A stretch of DNA of 64,000 nt from a bacterium (GCA_965219955.1 OZ244799.1:1696001-1760000); one strand, 5' to 3'. Counted from the first letter of the stretch, positions 35,137 to 46,222 are shown. The notes: generated by a model from the sequence alone, not told the origin. Numbers and translations are program-made.

Positions 35137-36455
35137 GTGGTGAGCGCCTCCTGCCCGCGGATTTTCATTTCGCCTTCGAGCCTGCTCATCCGCACGTCCC
35201 CCCCGACGACCGTGGCGACGGCGCACCCTGTGAGCTTCCAGCCCGCGAAGGGGGTGTTCCTGCCGTTGCTCTCGAAGGCGTCGGGGTCGACGGTGATTTC
35301 GCGCCCGGGGTCCAGGATCGTCACGTCGCCCGGAGCGCCCTCTTTGAGCGTGCCGTGGGGCAGCCCGAGCACCTCGCACGGCCCCGCCGTGAATTTGGCG
35401 ATCATCTCGGGCAATGTGAGCACGCCCCCGTCCACGAGCCTGTCCAGCGCGAGCGACACGGCCGTCTCCAGCCCCACGATCCCGAACGGCACGGCGTCGA
35501 ACTCCCTTTGGGTCTCCGCCTCGTAGTGCGGCGCGTGATCGGACGCGATGGCGGATATCGTGCCGTCTTTCAGGCCCTCCAGCAGCGCCGCCCTGTTCGC
35601 CTCGTCCCGCAGCGGAGGCGCCATCTTGGCGGCCGAGTCGAAGCCGTGAATCACCTCGTCCGTAAGGGAGAAATGGTGCGGCGTCACCTCCGCCGTCACG
35701 CGGACCCCGCGCGCCCGCGCCTCCCGCACCAGGTCCACCGCGCCCGCGGAGGAGATATGCAGGATGTGGAGCCTGCCGCCGGTCAACTCCGCCAGGCGGA
35801 TGTCGCGGTAGACGCAGATGTCCTCGCTCGCCGCCGGGTTGCCAGCGAGGCCGAGCAGGGTGGAGACCGCCCCCTCGTTCATCACCTTGCCGCCCGAGAG
35901 CGACATGTCCTCCGCGTGGTCGAGCACGCTCACGCCGAGCATGCCGGCGTATTCCAGGGCCGCGCGCATCAGCGCCGCCGTCCTGACGGGCACACCGTCG
36001 TCGCTGAAGGCCACCGCGCCCGCCTCTATCTGCTCGGCCATCTCGCTCAGTTCTTCGCCCTCGAGGCCCACCGAGACCGAGCCGACCGGGAACACGCGGC
36101 AGGCGCCCACCTCGCGCGCGCGCTTGAGTATCCGCTCGGTGATGGAGCTCGTATCGTTCACCGGGTCGGTGTTCGCCATGCACGCCACGCCGGTGAAGCC
36201 GCCCGCGGCGGCGGCGCGGGTGCCGCTCTCGATGTCTTCCTTGTACTCCTGCCCCGGTTCGCGGAAATGGACGTGCATGTCGATGAACCCGGGCGCGACG
36301 ACGAGTCCTTCCGCTTCAATAATCTCATCCCCGCCGCGCGGCAGGATGTTCTTCTTCCTGTGGGCGACCTTTCCCTCCTCGATCAGGATGTCGCATTTCT
36401 CATCGACGCCGTCCGCGGGGTCGATGAGGCGTCCTCCCTTAATGAGCAACGGCAT
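35133..36455 (-). CDS. pyrC: Dihydroorotase
   Basis: [14 protein letters not shown] and ASDHAPH motifs; pyr operon context. Confidence 0.93.
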   Translation of the reverse strand: MPLLIKGGRLIDPADGVDEKCDILIEEGKVAHRKKNILPRGGDEIIEAEGLVVAPGFIDMHVHFREPGQEYKEDIESGTRAAAAGGFTGVACMANTDPVNDTSSITERILKRAREVGACRVFPVGSVSVGLEGEELSEMAEQIEAGAVAFSDDGVPVRTAALMRAALEYAGMLGVSVLDHAEDMSLSGGKVMNEGAVSTLLGLAGNPAASEDICVYRDIRLAELTGGRLHILHISSAGAVDLVREARARGVRVTAEVTPHHFSLTDEVIHGFDSAAKMAPPLRDEANRAALLEGLKDGTISAIASDHAPHYEAETQREFDAVPFGIVGLETAVSLALDRLVDGGVLTLPEMIAKFTAGPCEVLGLPHGTLKEGAPGDVTILDPGREITVDPDAFESNGRNTPFAGWKLTGCAVATVVGGDVRMSRLEGEMKIRGQEALTT

Positions 36456-37458
36456 CTCGCACCTCCTCCCGCGATTTTTCAGGCTCCGCGGCGTCCGCCC
36501 CCTCCGTCGCCGCATCCCCCGGCTCCTCTTCTTTTTTCACCGAGAGGAGGTAGAGGATCGCCATGCGGCAGGCGACGCCGTATTCGACCTGCTCCAGGAT
36601 GACGGAGAACGGCCCGTCGGCCACGTCGGGGGACATCTCCACGCCCCGGTTGATGGGTCCGGGGTGCATGATGAGCAGGTCCCGCTTCGCCCCCTGGAGC
36701 TTCTTCTTGGTGATCCCGTAGGTGTTGGCGTATTCGCGCGCGCTGGGGAAGGCGCTCCCCGCGCCCCTTTCGAGCTGGATCCGGAGCGCGATGAGCACGT
36801 CCGCCCCGTCGATGGCCTCATCGAGCCGCGTCGTCACGCGCGCGCCGAGGCAGTCGACCTCGGCGGGCAGCATCGTGGAGGGGCCGCAGAAGGTGACGTT
36901 CGCGCCCAGCTTCAGGAGGCCGGCCACGTTCGAGCGCGCCACGCGGCTGTGCGCGATGTCCCCCACGACCGAGACGTTCAGGCCCTTGAACTTCTCCTTG
37001 TGCTCCCGGATGGTGTAGAGGTCGAGCAGCGCCTGCGTGGGATGCTCGTGGCAGCCGTCGCCCGCGTTCACGACGGCGCAGTCGAGCTCCCTCCCCAGAT
37101 AGGCGGGCGCGCCCGACGCCCAGTGCCGCACGACGAGCACGTCGGTGGCCATCGCCTCGATGTTCCTCGCCGTGTCGCGCAGGGTTTCCCCCTTGGCCGC
37201 CGAACTCGTGGAGACCGAGAGGTTGATGACGTCCGCCGAGAGGCGCTTGCCCGCGATCTCGAACGAGGCGCGCGTGCGCGTGCTGTTCTCGAAGAACAGG
37301 TTGACGATGGTCTTTCCCCGCAGCGTGGGCACTTTCTTGATGTCGCGCTCGTTGATCTCGCGGAACGAGTCGGTCTGATCGAGCAGGAACGTGATTTCCC
37401 CGGGCTCGAGTTCGCGGATCGAGAGCAAATCCTTCCTTCGGTATGTCTCCATGTTCAT
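36439..37458 (-). CDS. pyrB: Aspartate carbamoyltransferase catalytic subunit
   Basis: [16 protein letters not shown] and MHPGP motifs. Confidence 0.95.
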   Translation of the reverse strand: MNMETYRRKDLLSIRELEPGEITFLLDQTDSFREINERDIKKVPTLRGKTIVNLFFENSTRTRASFEIAGKRLSADVINLSVSTSSAAKGETLRDTARNIEAMATDVLVVRHWASGAPAYLGRELDCAVVNAGDGCHEHPTQALLDLYTIREHKEKFKGLNVSVVGDIAHSRVARSNVAGLLKLGANVTFCGPSTMLPAEVDCLGARVTTRLDEAIDGADVLIALRIQLERGAGSAFPSAREYANTYGITKKKLQGAKRDLLIMHPGPINRGVEMSPDVADGPFSVILEQVEYGVACRMAILYLLSVKKEEEPGDAATEGADAAEPEKSREEVRDAVAH

Positions 37459-37494
37459 ATCCCCCCCCTGTAACGCCCGGGCCACCGGGCATAT

Positions 37495-38016
37495 TTATCG
37501 CTTGAAAACGGCATCCTGGCCGTCGGTCTCCTCCAGATGCACCCGCACCTCCTCGGGATGGACCGCCTCGATGTTCTTCCCGACGAAATCGGCGCGGATG
37601 GGCAGTTCGCGTCCTCCCCTGTCCACCAGGATGGCGAGCCGCACCCTCCGGGGGCGGCCGAAGCCCACGAGCGCGGCCAAGGCGGCGCGCGCCGTGCGGC
37701 CCGTGTAGAGCACGTCGTCGACCAAAACGACGTCCTTGCCCTCGCACGAGAAGGGGAGGTCCGTTTTCTTGAGGCTGGTTCTCACCCCGCCCGCCTGGTT
37801 CAGGTCGTCGCGGTAGAGCGTCACGTCGAGCGCGCCCACGAGCGGATGCACGCCCACGAGAGACTGGAGTTCCCGGGCCAGCCTCTCCGCGAGAGGCACG
37901 CCCCTCGTGCGGACCCCGATGAACACCAGGTCCGACAGATCGGCCGTTCGCTCGATAATCTCATGCGAGAGGCGCCTCAGGGTGCGCCTCAGCTGCTCGG
38001 CGTCGAGTTGTTTCAT
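37495..38016 (-). CDS. pyrR: Bifunctional pyr operon regulator / uracil PRTase
   Basis: LRRLSHEIIE, TLYRDD, LVDDVLYTGRT and RELPIRADFVG motifs. Confidence 0.93.
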   Translation of the reverse strand: MKQLDAEQLRRTLRRLSHEIIERTADLSDLVFIGVRTRGVPLAERLARELQSLVGVHPLVGALDVTLYRDDLNQAGGVRTSLKKTDLPFSCEGKDVVLVDDVLYTGRTARAALAALVGFGRPRRVRLAILVDRGGRELPIRADFVGKNIEAVHPEEVRVHLEETDGQDAVFKR

Positions 38017-38064
38017 CGTCAAAGCGAAACCCGGCCTTCGGGCGGTTGCTCGTCAAAAAGGAAC

Positions 38065-38097
38065 AAAAAAAACTCCATGCCCACAGGGCATGGAGTT
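38065..38097 (-). terminator. pyr attenuator terminator
   Basis: AACTCCATGCCC-TGT-GGGCATGGAGTT followed by a T run. Confidence 0.85.
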
Positions 38098-38137
38098 CCG
38101 GGAAAAGGCGAGAGAATGGCAAGCATCCGCGTTTCCT

Positions 38138-38168
38138 CCTTCGCCGCCTCACGGGACGACATTAAAGG
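38138..38168 (-). promoter_or_regulatory. PyrR-binding RNA hairpin
   Basis: CCTTTAATGTCGTCCCGTGAGGCGGCGAAGG matches the PyrR site consensus (CUUUAA...GUCCNGNGAGGY). Confidence 0.8.
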
Positions 38169-38267
38169 GGAATTTCTATGTCACCATGTCATTTCCGCCC
38201 GGCGATGCATGCAACCGGGAAGTTCCGGTAAAACTAGCAGTCTTTCCGGGAAAGAGCAAGGGCGGAC

Positions 38268-38582
38268 TCAGGAGCGCTTCAAAAAATCCATCGGCGCGCC
38301 CGAGAGGCTCTCCCTCTCATCGAGAGCGTGGGCGGACTCCTCCAGTACCTCGAAGAGGCCGGAGGCGTCTTTTTTCGACAAATTGCGCCTCGCCTCCCCC
38401 AATACGCGGATGCGCAGGGTCTTGTTCTCGAGCCTGAGCCTCAGCACATCCCCGATTTCCACCCGGGAAGAGGCTTTGGCCGTTTTTCCCTCGATTTCCA
38501 CCGCACCCGTATCCGCCATGCTTTTGGCGAGGGGACGGCGCTTGACCAGACGGCTGTAGCGCAAAAACTGGTCGAGGCGCAT
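38268..38582 (-). CDS. S4 domain RNA-binding protein (RqcP/YabO/Hsp15-like)
   Basis: MRLDQFL..SRLVKRR..AK.....G.V.I.GK.AK.S..V..GD. Confidence 0.85.
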   Translation of the reverse strand: MRLDQFLRYSRLVKRRPLAKSMADTGAVEIEGKTAKASSRVEIGDVLRLRLENKTLRIRVLGEARRNLSKKDASGLFEVLEESAHALDERESLSGAPMDFLKRS

Positions 38583-38591
38583 TTTACGTCA

Positions 38592-40097
38592 TCATTGGGT
38601 GATTTCTTTGGGATCCGCCACGATGCTGCGCGTCTTCTGGACCTCCACCTCGAAATCGAGCCGCGCGGCCTTGTTGTCCGTTTCGAAGGACATTTTCTTC
38701 GCCCCGGCTTTCTGCTCTTCGCCGCCGCCTTTCGACTGATCCGAGAACGCCTTGATCATATCCGCAAAGCTGATTTTGCCGATATACGAGTCGGGCAGCA
38801 GGTACACGTAGCGGAACAAATAGAGATTCGCCGAAGGATCGGGATTCACGAACAGCCGGTTCCCCGCCTCGAGGGCCCCGATGACGTCTTTCCCCACAGC
38901 GGCCCCCTCGCCCACTGTCACCCTGCCCGATTTCCAGCGGGGCTTGTCCCTGTTCGAGCCGTAGGCCCACAAAACCCTGTCCCGCCCGAACAACCCCCCG
39001 CGTTGTTTGAGCTTGATGCCGACCAGCCTGAAGCTAATCTGCTCGCGAACGTCCTTGAACACGGAAGACAAGCCGCCGGGCGTAGCGACGGGGTCGTAGC
39101 TGATTTCGAGAAAAGCGGCTCTTTTGAGTTCCGTTATCCACTCGCGGCGTCTCTTGGTGAATTTTTCCTTGAAGAGTTTGTCGCGGATCCTGCCGGACAC
39201 CCTGTCGAGGGTAATCACAGTCCCCGGCTTCACCTCATCGACGTGGATGACGTGAAAGCCCACCCTCGTTCTCGTCGGCTTGCTCGTCTCACCCTTCGCC
39301 GTCGAGAAAATGAGTTGTTCGAGTTCGGGGAAAACCTCGCCTTTCTTCACGGAGCCCAAAGCGCCGCCCCGGCTTCGGGCGGGACCTTCGGAATACTTCT
39401 CGGCCAACCGGGGGAAATCAGCACCCGGCTTCGTGGCCTCCTCGTATGCGAGGTCCGCTTTTTTGCGCTGCGCTTCGATTTCCGCGGCGGAGGCGGCCTT
39501 GTCCACGGGAAAGAAAATCTGCCGCACCGTCCGGTGCTCGGCCTCACGGTAGTCATCGGAATGCGCGTCGTAATAATCCGCTATTTCCTGATCCACCACC
39601 GAGACGCGCACGCCGACTTCCATGTTCTCCACTTTTCGCGCCAGCAGCTTCTTGCGAAGCTCATCGCGGTATTTCTCCATCGTCATTCCCTGCGAATCCA
39701 AAAAGGCGCGCAGTCCGGCCGTCGTCGTCTTGTTCTGGCGAAGTATGCCCGCGACCGCGTTTTCAACCTCTTTTTCGCTGACGTTCAGTTCGAGAGCAGA
39801 GGAGCGTTTCAAGATGAGTTTGCTCTGGATCATGGCGTCGAGCGCCTCGAGTTCGAGTTCGCGAATCCGCCGGTTCAGCTGCTCTCCCCTGTAATTCCTC
39901 CTCAACTCGTCGACGCGCGGTTTCACGAATTCCTGAAGTTCCGAAAGCATGATGATGTCATCGTCAACCTTCGCGATGATTCTCTCGATCGTCACGGCGG
40001 AGGCGGCCGCCGGGGCGGTGGCCGCCGGAAGGAGCCCGCCCGCCAGGGCGAAAAGCGCAATCGCCAGAACGCAAAACCGCCTAGCCCGATACGACAT
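38592..40097 (-). CDS. SurA-like peptidylprolyl isomerase with a C-terminal extension
   Basis: Signal peptide, IERIIAKVDDDIIMLSEL (SurA N-domain) and a parvulin domain (LAEKYSEGP..GGALG, GFHVI). Start uncertain (40097 or 40133). Confidence 0.8.
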   Translation of the reverse strand: MSYRARRFCVLAIALFALAGGLLPAATAPAAASAVTIERIIAKVDDDIIMLSELQEFVKPRVDELRRNYRGEQLNRRIRELELEALDAMIQSKLILKRSSALELNVSEKEVENAVAGILRQNKTTTAGLRAFLDSQGMTMEKYRDELRKKLLARKVENMEVGVRVSVVDQEIADYYDAHSDDYREAEHRTVRQIFFPVDKAASAAEIEAQRKKADLAYEEATKPGADFPRLAEKYSEGPARSRGGALGSVKKGEVFPELEQLIFSTAKGETSKPTRTRVGFHVIHVDEVKPGTVITLDRVSGRIRDKLFKEKFTKRRREWITELKRAAFLEISYDPVATPGGLSSVFKDVREQISFRLVGIKLKQRGGLFGRDRVLWAYGSNRDKPRWKSGRVTVGEGAAVGKDVIGALEAGNRLFVNPDPSANLYLFRYVYLLPDSYIGKISFADMIKAFSDQSKGGGEEQKAGAKKMSFETDNKAARLDFEVEVQKTRSIVADPKEITQ

Positions 40098-41064
40098 TTT
40101 CAAGATTTTCCGGATAATATTTGATTTTTGCATTTCGCTTGAGTTCTCCGAGCCAACTCTCGAGCCGCGCTCTTCCCTTGTCGGCCAGCAACCGTTTCTT
40201 GATGTTCTCCTTCACGGACGCCAAAGTTTTCTGGAACGGCAGCCTTCTCTCCGAAACCTCCAGAAGATGGAAACCCGCCGGGCTCCTGACGACCCGGCTC
40301 ACCTCGTTCAAGTTCAATGATTCCACCACGTTCTCGATGTTTTCGGGTAGTTCTCCCTGCTGGAAATAACCGAGATCGCCCCCGATGCTGCTTTCGGGGC
40401 CGATGGAATGTTTCTGCGCCAAAGACGCAAACGATTTCCCATCGAGAAGAAGCTTTCTCAACCGGGAAGCCAGTTTAGCCGAAGGGACGACGATTTGGCG
40501 AACACGCAGGCGCCTTCCGACCCGGAATTTCTCCTTGTTGAGGTTGTAGTAATCCTCTATCTCCGAGTCTGAGACCTTCAGCTTCGAATACACTTCCTTT
40601 TCCAGAAGATGTTCAATCTCTAGCGTCTCGCGCATCGTCTTGAGCCAAAACTCCTCGTCGACCCCCTGGTCCTTCATGATGGTATTCAAATCCACCTGGC
40701 CATATTGGCGGCGAATGAATTCGACGAAGCGCTTCACTTTCCCCTCGCTCACATATTCGCCCGTCTCCCGGAAACGCTGGAGCAGGAGGCGTCTTTCCAC
40801 GAGTTGATCCAGCAGAACCCTGGATATGGATATTTCGGCTTTACCCTCCATTCCCTGCTCCCCACGCGCCATGTAATGCGCGCGGACGTCCTGCCGGGTA
40901 ATCGGCTCCCCGTTCACCTGCGCCAGCAGGGCTCCTTTTTTCTCGCTGTTCGTCTGAAACGAAGAATCACAACCCGCCGCGATGAGCAACGCCACCCAAC
41001 AAGCCCACGCCCACCGGGTTCGACCGCCTCGAATCAGACGCCGCGCGCTCCTTTCATTTTCCAT
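40081..41064 (-). CDS. Parvulin/PrsA-type peptidylprolyl isomerase, probable lipoprotein
   Basis: Lipobox AAGC, LAQVNGEPIT, F.SLAQKHS...GGDLGY and GFHLL motifs. Confidence 0.82.
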   Translation of the reverse strand: MENERSARRLIRGGRTRWAWACWVALLIAAGCDSSFQTNSEKKGALLAQVNGEPITRQDVRAHYMARGEQGMEGKAEISISRVLLDQLVERRLLLQRFRETGEYVSEGKVKRFVEFIRRQYGQVDLNTIMKDQGVDEEFWLKTMRETLEIEHLLEKEVYSKLKVSDSEIEDYYNLNKEKFRVGRRLRVRQIVVPSAKLASRLRKLLLDGKSFASLAQKHSIGPESSIGGDLGYFQQGELPENIENVVESLNLNEVSRVVRSPAGFHLLEVSERRLPFQKTLASVKENIKKRLLADKGRARLESWLGELKRNAKIKYYPENLENVVSG

Positions 41065-41074
41065 GATGAGAGCC

Positions 41075-44000
41075 TCATGCTCCTTCCGCCGCCAACTCGC
41101 CTTCGGAAACCTTGCACACTTCCAAAGCATCCAGCACCTGAACGAGAAAGTCAAAATCCTCCGGCCAGCGCCCGCTGATGCTCGCGCGGAAAGCATGCGC
41201 GTCGGTGAAGACCATGCCCGGCATATCGAGGAAAGCGGCCGTCAACTCATAGTCGCCCGGAAAAATCTCCATTTGCGCCTCCTTCCCGCGAACGTGGAGG
41301 GATTTGATTCCGCAATGGCGGGCGCGCAAGCGGATTTCCCCCAGTTGCAGAAGGTGGAGGGCCCGCACCGGCATGGCTCCGTATTTATCCTGTAGCTCCA
41401 CGCCCAGTTCCCTCAATTCCACCGGCTCCTGCGCCGATGCGATTCGGCGATATACGTCGAGCCGCTCGGCCTGGGCCGGAATCCAGGAAGGAGGCAGCGT
41501 GCCGGTCACCGGCGCGACGATCTCGGGTTCACGGCGCTCGACGGCCTCGCCCTTGGCCTCCTGCACGACTTCCTCCAGAAGGCGGCAATACATGTCGAAC
41601 CCCACCGCCGCGATTTGCCCCGATTGCCGATGCCCGAGCAAGTGGCCTGCGCCGCGAATCTCCAGATCGCGCATGGCCAGCTTGAAGCCGGCTCCCAGTT
41701 CGCTCAACTCCTCCAGGGCCTGGAGGCGTTCTCTGGCCTGCTTCGTCAGGGAGCCGGCACCCGAGACCAGAAGGTAGGCGTGCGCCTGGAACCTGTCGCG
41801 CCCCACGCGGCCGCGCAACTGGTATAGCTGCGCCATGCCGAACGTGTCCGCCCGGTTGATCACGATCGTGTTGACCGAGGGGATGTCCAGGCCGCTTTCG
41901 ATGATCGTGGTGCAAAGCAGCACGTCGGCCCTTCGGGTCACGAACTGCTCCATCACCTCTTCGAGCTCTCTTTCCTTCATCTGGCCGTGACCCACCAGGA
42001 TTCGCGCGTCGGGCGCCAGCTTCTGCAGGAGCCGCCGCATGGCGGGGAGGCTCTGCACGCGGTTGTGCACGAAAAACGCCTGCCCTCCCCGGTCGATTTC
42101 CTTGGTGATGGCGTCTTTGATGAGTTTTTCGCTGAAGCGCGAGATATACGTGCGCGGCGCGACCCTGTGGCGCGGGGGCGTTTCGATGACGCTCAGGTCG
42201 CGCGTTCCCGAGAGCGCCATCTCCAGGGTCCGGGGAATGGGCGTTGCGGTGAGCGTCAGAACGTCCACGTTGACACGGAGCTTCTTGAGCTTCTCCTTGT
42301 GGGAAACGCCGAAGCGGTGTTCCTCGTCGATCACCAACAGCCCCAGATCGCGAAACGACACGTCTTTTTGCAACAGCCGGTGGGTGCCGATAACGATGTC
42401 CACACGCCCGGCGGAGAGCCCCTCCACCACCACGTTCTGTTCTTTTCTGCTCCTGAAGCGCGAGAGCATCTCCACGTGAACCGGCAGCGATTCGAAGCGC
42501 TTTCGAAAGGTGTCCCAATGCTGGTGCGCCAGCAGGGTGGTCGGCACGATGACGGCGACCTGCTTGCCCGCCGAAATCGCCCGGGCGGCGGCTCTGAGCG
42601 CAACTTCCGTCTTTCCGTACCCTACATCCCCGCAGATGAGGCGATCCATCGGTCGGGCGCGCTCCATATCCTCCAGCACGACGCGAATGGCCTGTTCCTG
42701 ATCGGGCGTTTCCTCGAACCCGAAGCCGGCGGATATCTCATGATCGAAAGCGCCTTCCGCCGAAAAGGCATGCCCCTCGGCGGCGCTTCGCTCCGAATAC
42801 AAACGCACCAGATCGCGGGCGATTCCCTGAAGCGATTTCTTGACGTTGTTCTTCGTCTTGTTCCAGCGGTTTCCGCCCAGCTTGTCGAGAGGCGGCCCGA
42901 TTCCGCCTCCCCGGTATTTGTGGATGCGCTCGACGTCGTCCATCGGGACGTAGAGTTTGTCGCCTCCCGCATACTGGAGGGTGAGAAATTCGTTCTCACC
43001 GTCGAGATGCTCGATGACGCGCGTACCCATATAGCGGCCCACGCCGTGCTCCACGTGCACCACGAGGTCGTTTTCATTCAGGTCCTTGAAGCCCTCGCCG
43101 GGCTTCGATTGCGGGAGGCGCCGTGAATCCCGGCCCAAAGCGCCGACCAGCAGGTCCTGCGCGCGAAAGAACACCCGATGCTCTTCGGGCAGCCGGAAGC
43201 CGGCGCCGAGTTTCCCTACCGCCAGAACGACGTCGTGACGCCCGTCGATGAGCGAGGCGCCCTCGGGCAAAATTTCCACGCCCACCTCATGCTCGCGCAA
43301 CAGCGCCTGTATCCTGAGCGCGAGGGTCCTCTCCTCCGCAACGATGACGACGCTGTCATTCTCCCGGCGCCATGAACGCAGCTGGCCGACGAACGCCTCC
43401 ACCCGCCCCCGGAAGGGGTTGATGTTTTCCGCGCGCAAGGCCCCGCCCGCCTCGAAGCCATTATTGGGATCCGGGGCGTCCAGTCCCAGCGAATCGAACT
43501 CGAGGCGCGGCCAGATGGAGAGTTCCTCGCGAATTTCCTCCGGCGCGAGCCACAAGCGCACGGGCGCGAAGGAGACGAGGCCCCTTTCGGGCGCAAGACG
43601 CGCCTCCTCGTTCACTTCGTCCCACATCTTCTCCATCGCTTCATCGAGGGTTTCCGCCTCGTTCAAAATCCAAAGCGCGCTTCCGGGCGCCACGTCGAAC
43701 AAGGTCGTCATGTCGGACAGGAACATGGGCGCGAGACCCTCCGCCCCCGAAAAATACCCGTCCTCTTCCAGGTATTCGAGAAGGCGTTCGACCCGTTCAC
43801 TCGTTTCCGGCCCACCGGCTTCCGAAAGGGCGCGGCGGCCCCTCTCCCGTTCTTCCGGGGAGAAAACAATCTCTTTCGATGGAAAGACGTCCACGCTTTG
43901 CAGCGTGTCCAGGTTCCGCTGCGTCTGGGGATTGAAGTTTCTGAGGGAGTCGATTTCATCCCCGCGAAACTCCAGGCGCGTCGGATACGCGTTCTGGGGG

Positions 44001-44536
44001 GAGAAGAAATCCAGAATGCCGCCTCTCACGGCATATTCTCCGGGGGATTCGACCAGCGACCTCCTTTGGTACATCAGCGATTCGAGCGAACCGATGAACG
44101 GGTCGCGCTCAATCGCCACCCCTTCGCGCAAGTGAATCATGGCGTCGTCCAGCCGCTCGGGCGGAGGCACTCTCGTCCCCATGGCCGATACGCTCATCAG
44201 CACGACGCCTCGCTCCCCGCTGCGTAAAAACCGCAGCGCGGACATCCTCTCGCCGACGACTTCACTGGATGGGGACAACCGGGAGAAGGGATACACGTCC
44301 CATGCCGGAAAACCCAGGATCGGCAAGCCCTGCGCCCCCGAAGCGCCGACGAAAAGCTCCATATTCGCCTTAATCAGGTCGAGGCGACGCTGCTCCCCCT
44401 CGACGAAAATCACGGGCCCGGCGTGTTCGCGCGCAATCCTGACCAGCCACCAGGCGATTGACGCATCGTTCGCGCCACGCAGGGCAATCCGCCTGGCCCC
44501 GTTCATTTTCCGAGGCAGTAGAAAGGATTCATTCAT
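41075..44536 (-). CDS. mfd: Transcription-repair coupling factor
   Basis: CarD-like domain, GDVGYGKT, DEEHRFG, QLRGRVGR and RDLEIRGAG motifs. Confidence 0.96.
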   Translation of the reverse strand: MNESFLLPRKMNGARRIALRGANDASIAWWLVRIAREHAGPVIFVEGEQRRLDLIKANMELFVGASGAQGLPILGFPAWDVYPFSRLSPSSEVVGERMSALRFLRSGERGVVLMSVSAMGTRVPPPERLDDAMIHLREGVAIERDPFIGSLESLMYQRRSLVESPGEYAVRGGILDFFSPQNAYPTRLEFRGDEIDSLRNFNPQTQRNLDTLQSVDVFPSKEIVFSPEERERGRRALSEAGGPETSERVERLLEYLEEDGYFSGAEGLAPMFLSDMTTLFDVAPGSALWILNEAETLDEAMEKMWDEVNEEARLAPERGLVSFAPVRLWLAPEEIREELSIWPRLEFDSLGLDAPDPNNGFEAGGALRAENINPFRGRVEAFVGQLRSWRRENDSVVIVAEERTLALRIQALLREHEVGVEILPEGASLIDGRHDVVLAVGKLGAGFRLPEEHRVFFRAQDLLVGALGRDSRRLPQSKPGEGFKDLNENDLVVHVEHGVGRYMGTRVIEHLDGENEFLTLQYAGGDKLYVPMDDVERIHKYRGGGIGPPLDKLGGNRWNKTKNNVKKSLQGIARDLVRLYSERSAAEGHAFSAEGAFDHEISAGFGFEETPDQEQAIRVVLEDMERARPMDRLICGDVGYGKTEVALRAAARAISAGKQVAVIVPTTLLAHQHWDTFRKRFESLPVHVEMLSRFRSRKEQNVVVEGLSAGRVDIVIGTHRLLQKDVSFRDLGLLVIDEEHRFGVSHKEKLKKLRVNVDVLTLTATPIPRTLEMALSGTRDLSVIETPPRHRVAPRTYISRFSEKLIKDAITKEIDRGGQAFFVHNRVQSLPAMRRLLQKLAPDARILVGHGQMKERELEEVMEQFVTRRADVLLCTTIIESGLDIPSVNTIVINRADTFGMAQLYQLRGRVGRDRFQAHAYLLVSGAGSLTKQARERLQALEELSELGAGFKLAMRDLEIRGAGHLLGHRQSGQIAAVGFDMYCRLLEEVVQEAKGEAVERREPEIVAPVTGTLPPSWIPAQAERLDVYRRIASAQEPVELRELGVELQDKYGAMPVRALHLLQLGEIRLRARHCGIKSLHVRGKEAQMEIFPGDYELTAAFLDMPGMVFTDAHAFRASISGRWPEDFDFLVQVLDALEVCKVSEGELAAEGA

Positions 44537-44624
44537 GACGTGAATATTCAGATTTCAAATCGAACATCAGGCAGCAAAGTATGTCTGAGCATCTCGTATC
44601 GCATGAAAATTTCAGAAAGAACGC

Positions 44625-45944
44625 TTAATTCAAATACTTCTTCGTGATCATGAAATCCCGGAGCACGTTGGAAGACTTCTTGGGCAGCGCGACCTCAGCA
44701 CCGTTCAAGGATACCTGCGTTCCCGCGATGTTCCCCACGGTAAGCGCGAATTTTTCAGACGCCTTCCAATTCCTTTCCTTGCCCGCCAGCAAGAGGAGTT
44801 CTTCCGTATTTTTCGCATCGACCACGATTCGCAGCCATGTGTCTTCCGTCGCAAAAATCTTGAGACTCAGAGGGAGTTCTTCAGAAGCCGCAGGAGCCGG
44901 AGTCTCTTCCGCCGGAGCCGCCGGGGCCTGCTGTCCCTGTGGCGCCGCTTGAGCATTCGACGGGGTGTTGAGGGCTACCTTCTGCTCGGTTGAAGCGCTC
45001 GCTTGAGAGGAAGCGTCCGGCGAAGCCGGAATACCCGCCTGAGTCGCGGGGTTTTGCGTGGCAGGCGGACCCTCTCGAGACGAGGGTTCTTCCCGTGCAA
45101 CGGGAGCCTCCTCGACCTGGGCGCTCACCTGAACCGGTGGACTTTCCTGCGCCTGAGCCGGCGGGCTTTCTTGCGTCACGGATGCGTCCCGGACAGGAGG
45201 GGGCTCCTCAGCCACACGATTCTCCCGTGCGGGGGCGCTCGCTTGAACCGCAGGCTCCTCCTGGGCGGAAGAGGGTTTTTCCGCCTTCTCCGAAACCGGA
45301 GGCTCCTTCAAATTCACCGTCGAGGCGGGAGGACGACCCTCTTCGGGAGCCTTTCCCTCGACAACGTCGGTTTCTTTCCCCGCTCCGACCTCATTTTTCG
45401 CCTTCTCACTCGCTCCATTCAGCAGAGGGATCTTGTCCGCCACGGGCGCAACCGCGGTCCTGATCCTGCCGACAATCGATCCAATCGGAACAAGCTGCTC
45501 CGTTCTCCCTTTCATGAACCACAGGAGTCCGCCGCCGGCGACGAGAAAAATCAATACGAAAGCAATGGTTGCAACGGATGAGAACCGATTTACTCCGGAA
45601 ACGGGGCTGAAGCGGGTTTGGACCTCGGGCTCCAGCTCGTATGCTTCCAATGGGACTCCGCCCGCAATCTCTTGTTTATAGCTCGCGGCAACGGTCGTGC
45701 TGTCCACGCCGACCGCATCCGCAAAAGCGCGGATGAAACCCAGACCCACCGGCCCCGCAGGCAATTTATCGAAATCACCGGTTTCGATACTTTCCAGGTA
45801 ATATGTACGGATTCGCGTCTTCTCGGAGATCGAACGAAGGGGTATCTCCTTTTCCTCGCGCAAACGACGCAAGAAAGGCCCCACACCATCTTTTTCTATT
45901 TGTTCCATCAGTCTCGGGTCGAGCTCATCCATCACGCGCCCCAT
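44625..45944 (-). CDS. rodZ: RodZ-like helix-turn-helix membrane protein
   Basis: N-terminal HTH, one TM helix, a Pro/Ala/Glu-rich linker and a C-terminal DUF4115-like domain (TWLRIVVD...GNIAG). Confidence 0.8.
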   Translation of the reverse strand: MGRVMDELDPRLMEQIEKDGVGPFLRRLREEKEIPLRSISEKTRIRTYYLESIETGDFDKLPAGPVGLGFIRAFADAVGVDSTTVAASYKQEIAGGVPLEAYELEPEVQTRFSPVSGVNRFSSVATIAFVLIFLVAGGGLLWFMKGRTEQLVPIGSIVGRIRTAVAPVADKIPLLNGASEKAKNEVGAGKETDVVEGKAPEEGRPPASTVNLKEPPVSEKAEKPSSAQEEPAVQASAPARENRVAEEPPPVRDASVTQESPPAQAQESPPVQVSAQVEEAPVAREEPSSREGPPATQNPATQAGIPASPDASSQASASTEQKVALNTPSNAQAAPQGQQAPAAPAEETPAPAASEELPLSLKIFATEDTWLRIVVDAKNTEELLLLAGKERNWKASEKFALTVGNIAGTQVSLNGAEVALPKKSSNVLRDFMITKKYLN

Positions 45945-46222
45945 TTCACCAAATTCAACAGAAACGACCCGAATTATGGGATCGAGTCTATTTCATAATC
46001 GGGTCGAAAGTCAATGTTTGAAAAACGGGAACCGCCTCTTTCCGGGGCTGTTGAAAAAGCTTCTCCGTTGGAATTGACGATTCGTTTCGCGTGCGCCCGG
46101 ATTCGAGCGTCGTTACGGAGACGGCTGATGCGGTTCGCCACGAAGCCGTCATTCCGGAATGCGCCGGCATGACGAGCGAATACCGCGCCCGTTGCAGGGG
46201 CGGTTCGCGAACCGCCCCTACG

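Noticed and set aside
34045-36183. 712-aa ORF suggesting a CarA fusion
   Set aside because: The N-terminal ~350 aa is an off-frame overlap with pyrC; carA starts at 35136 with an ATGA overlap.
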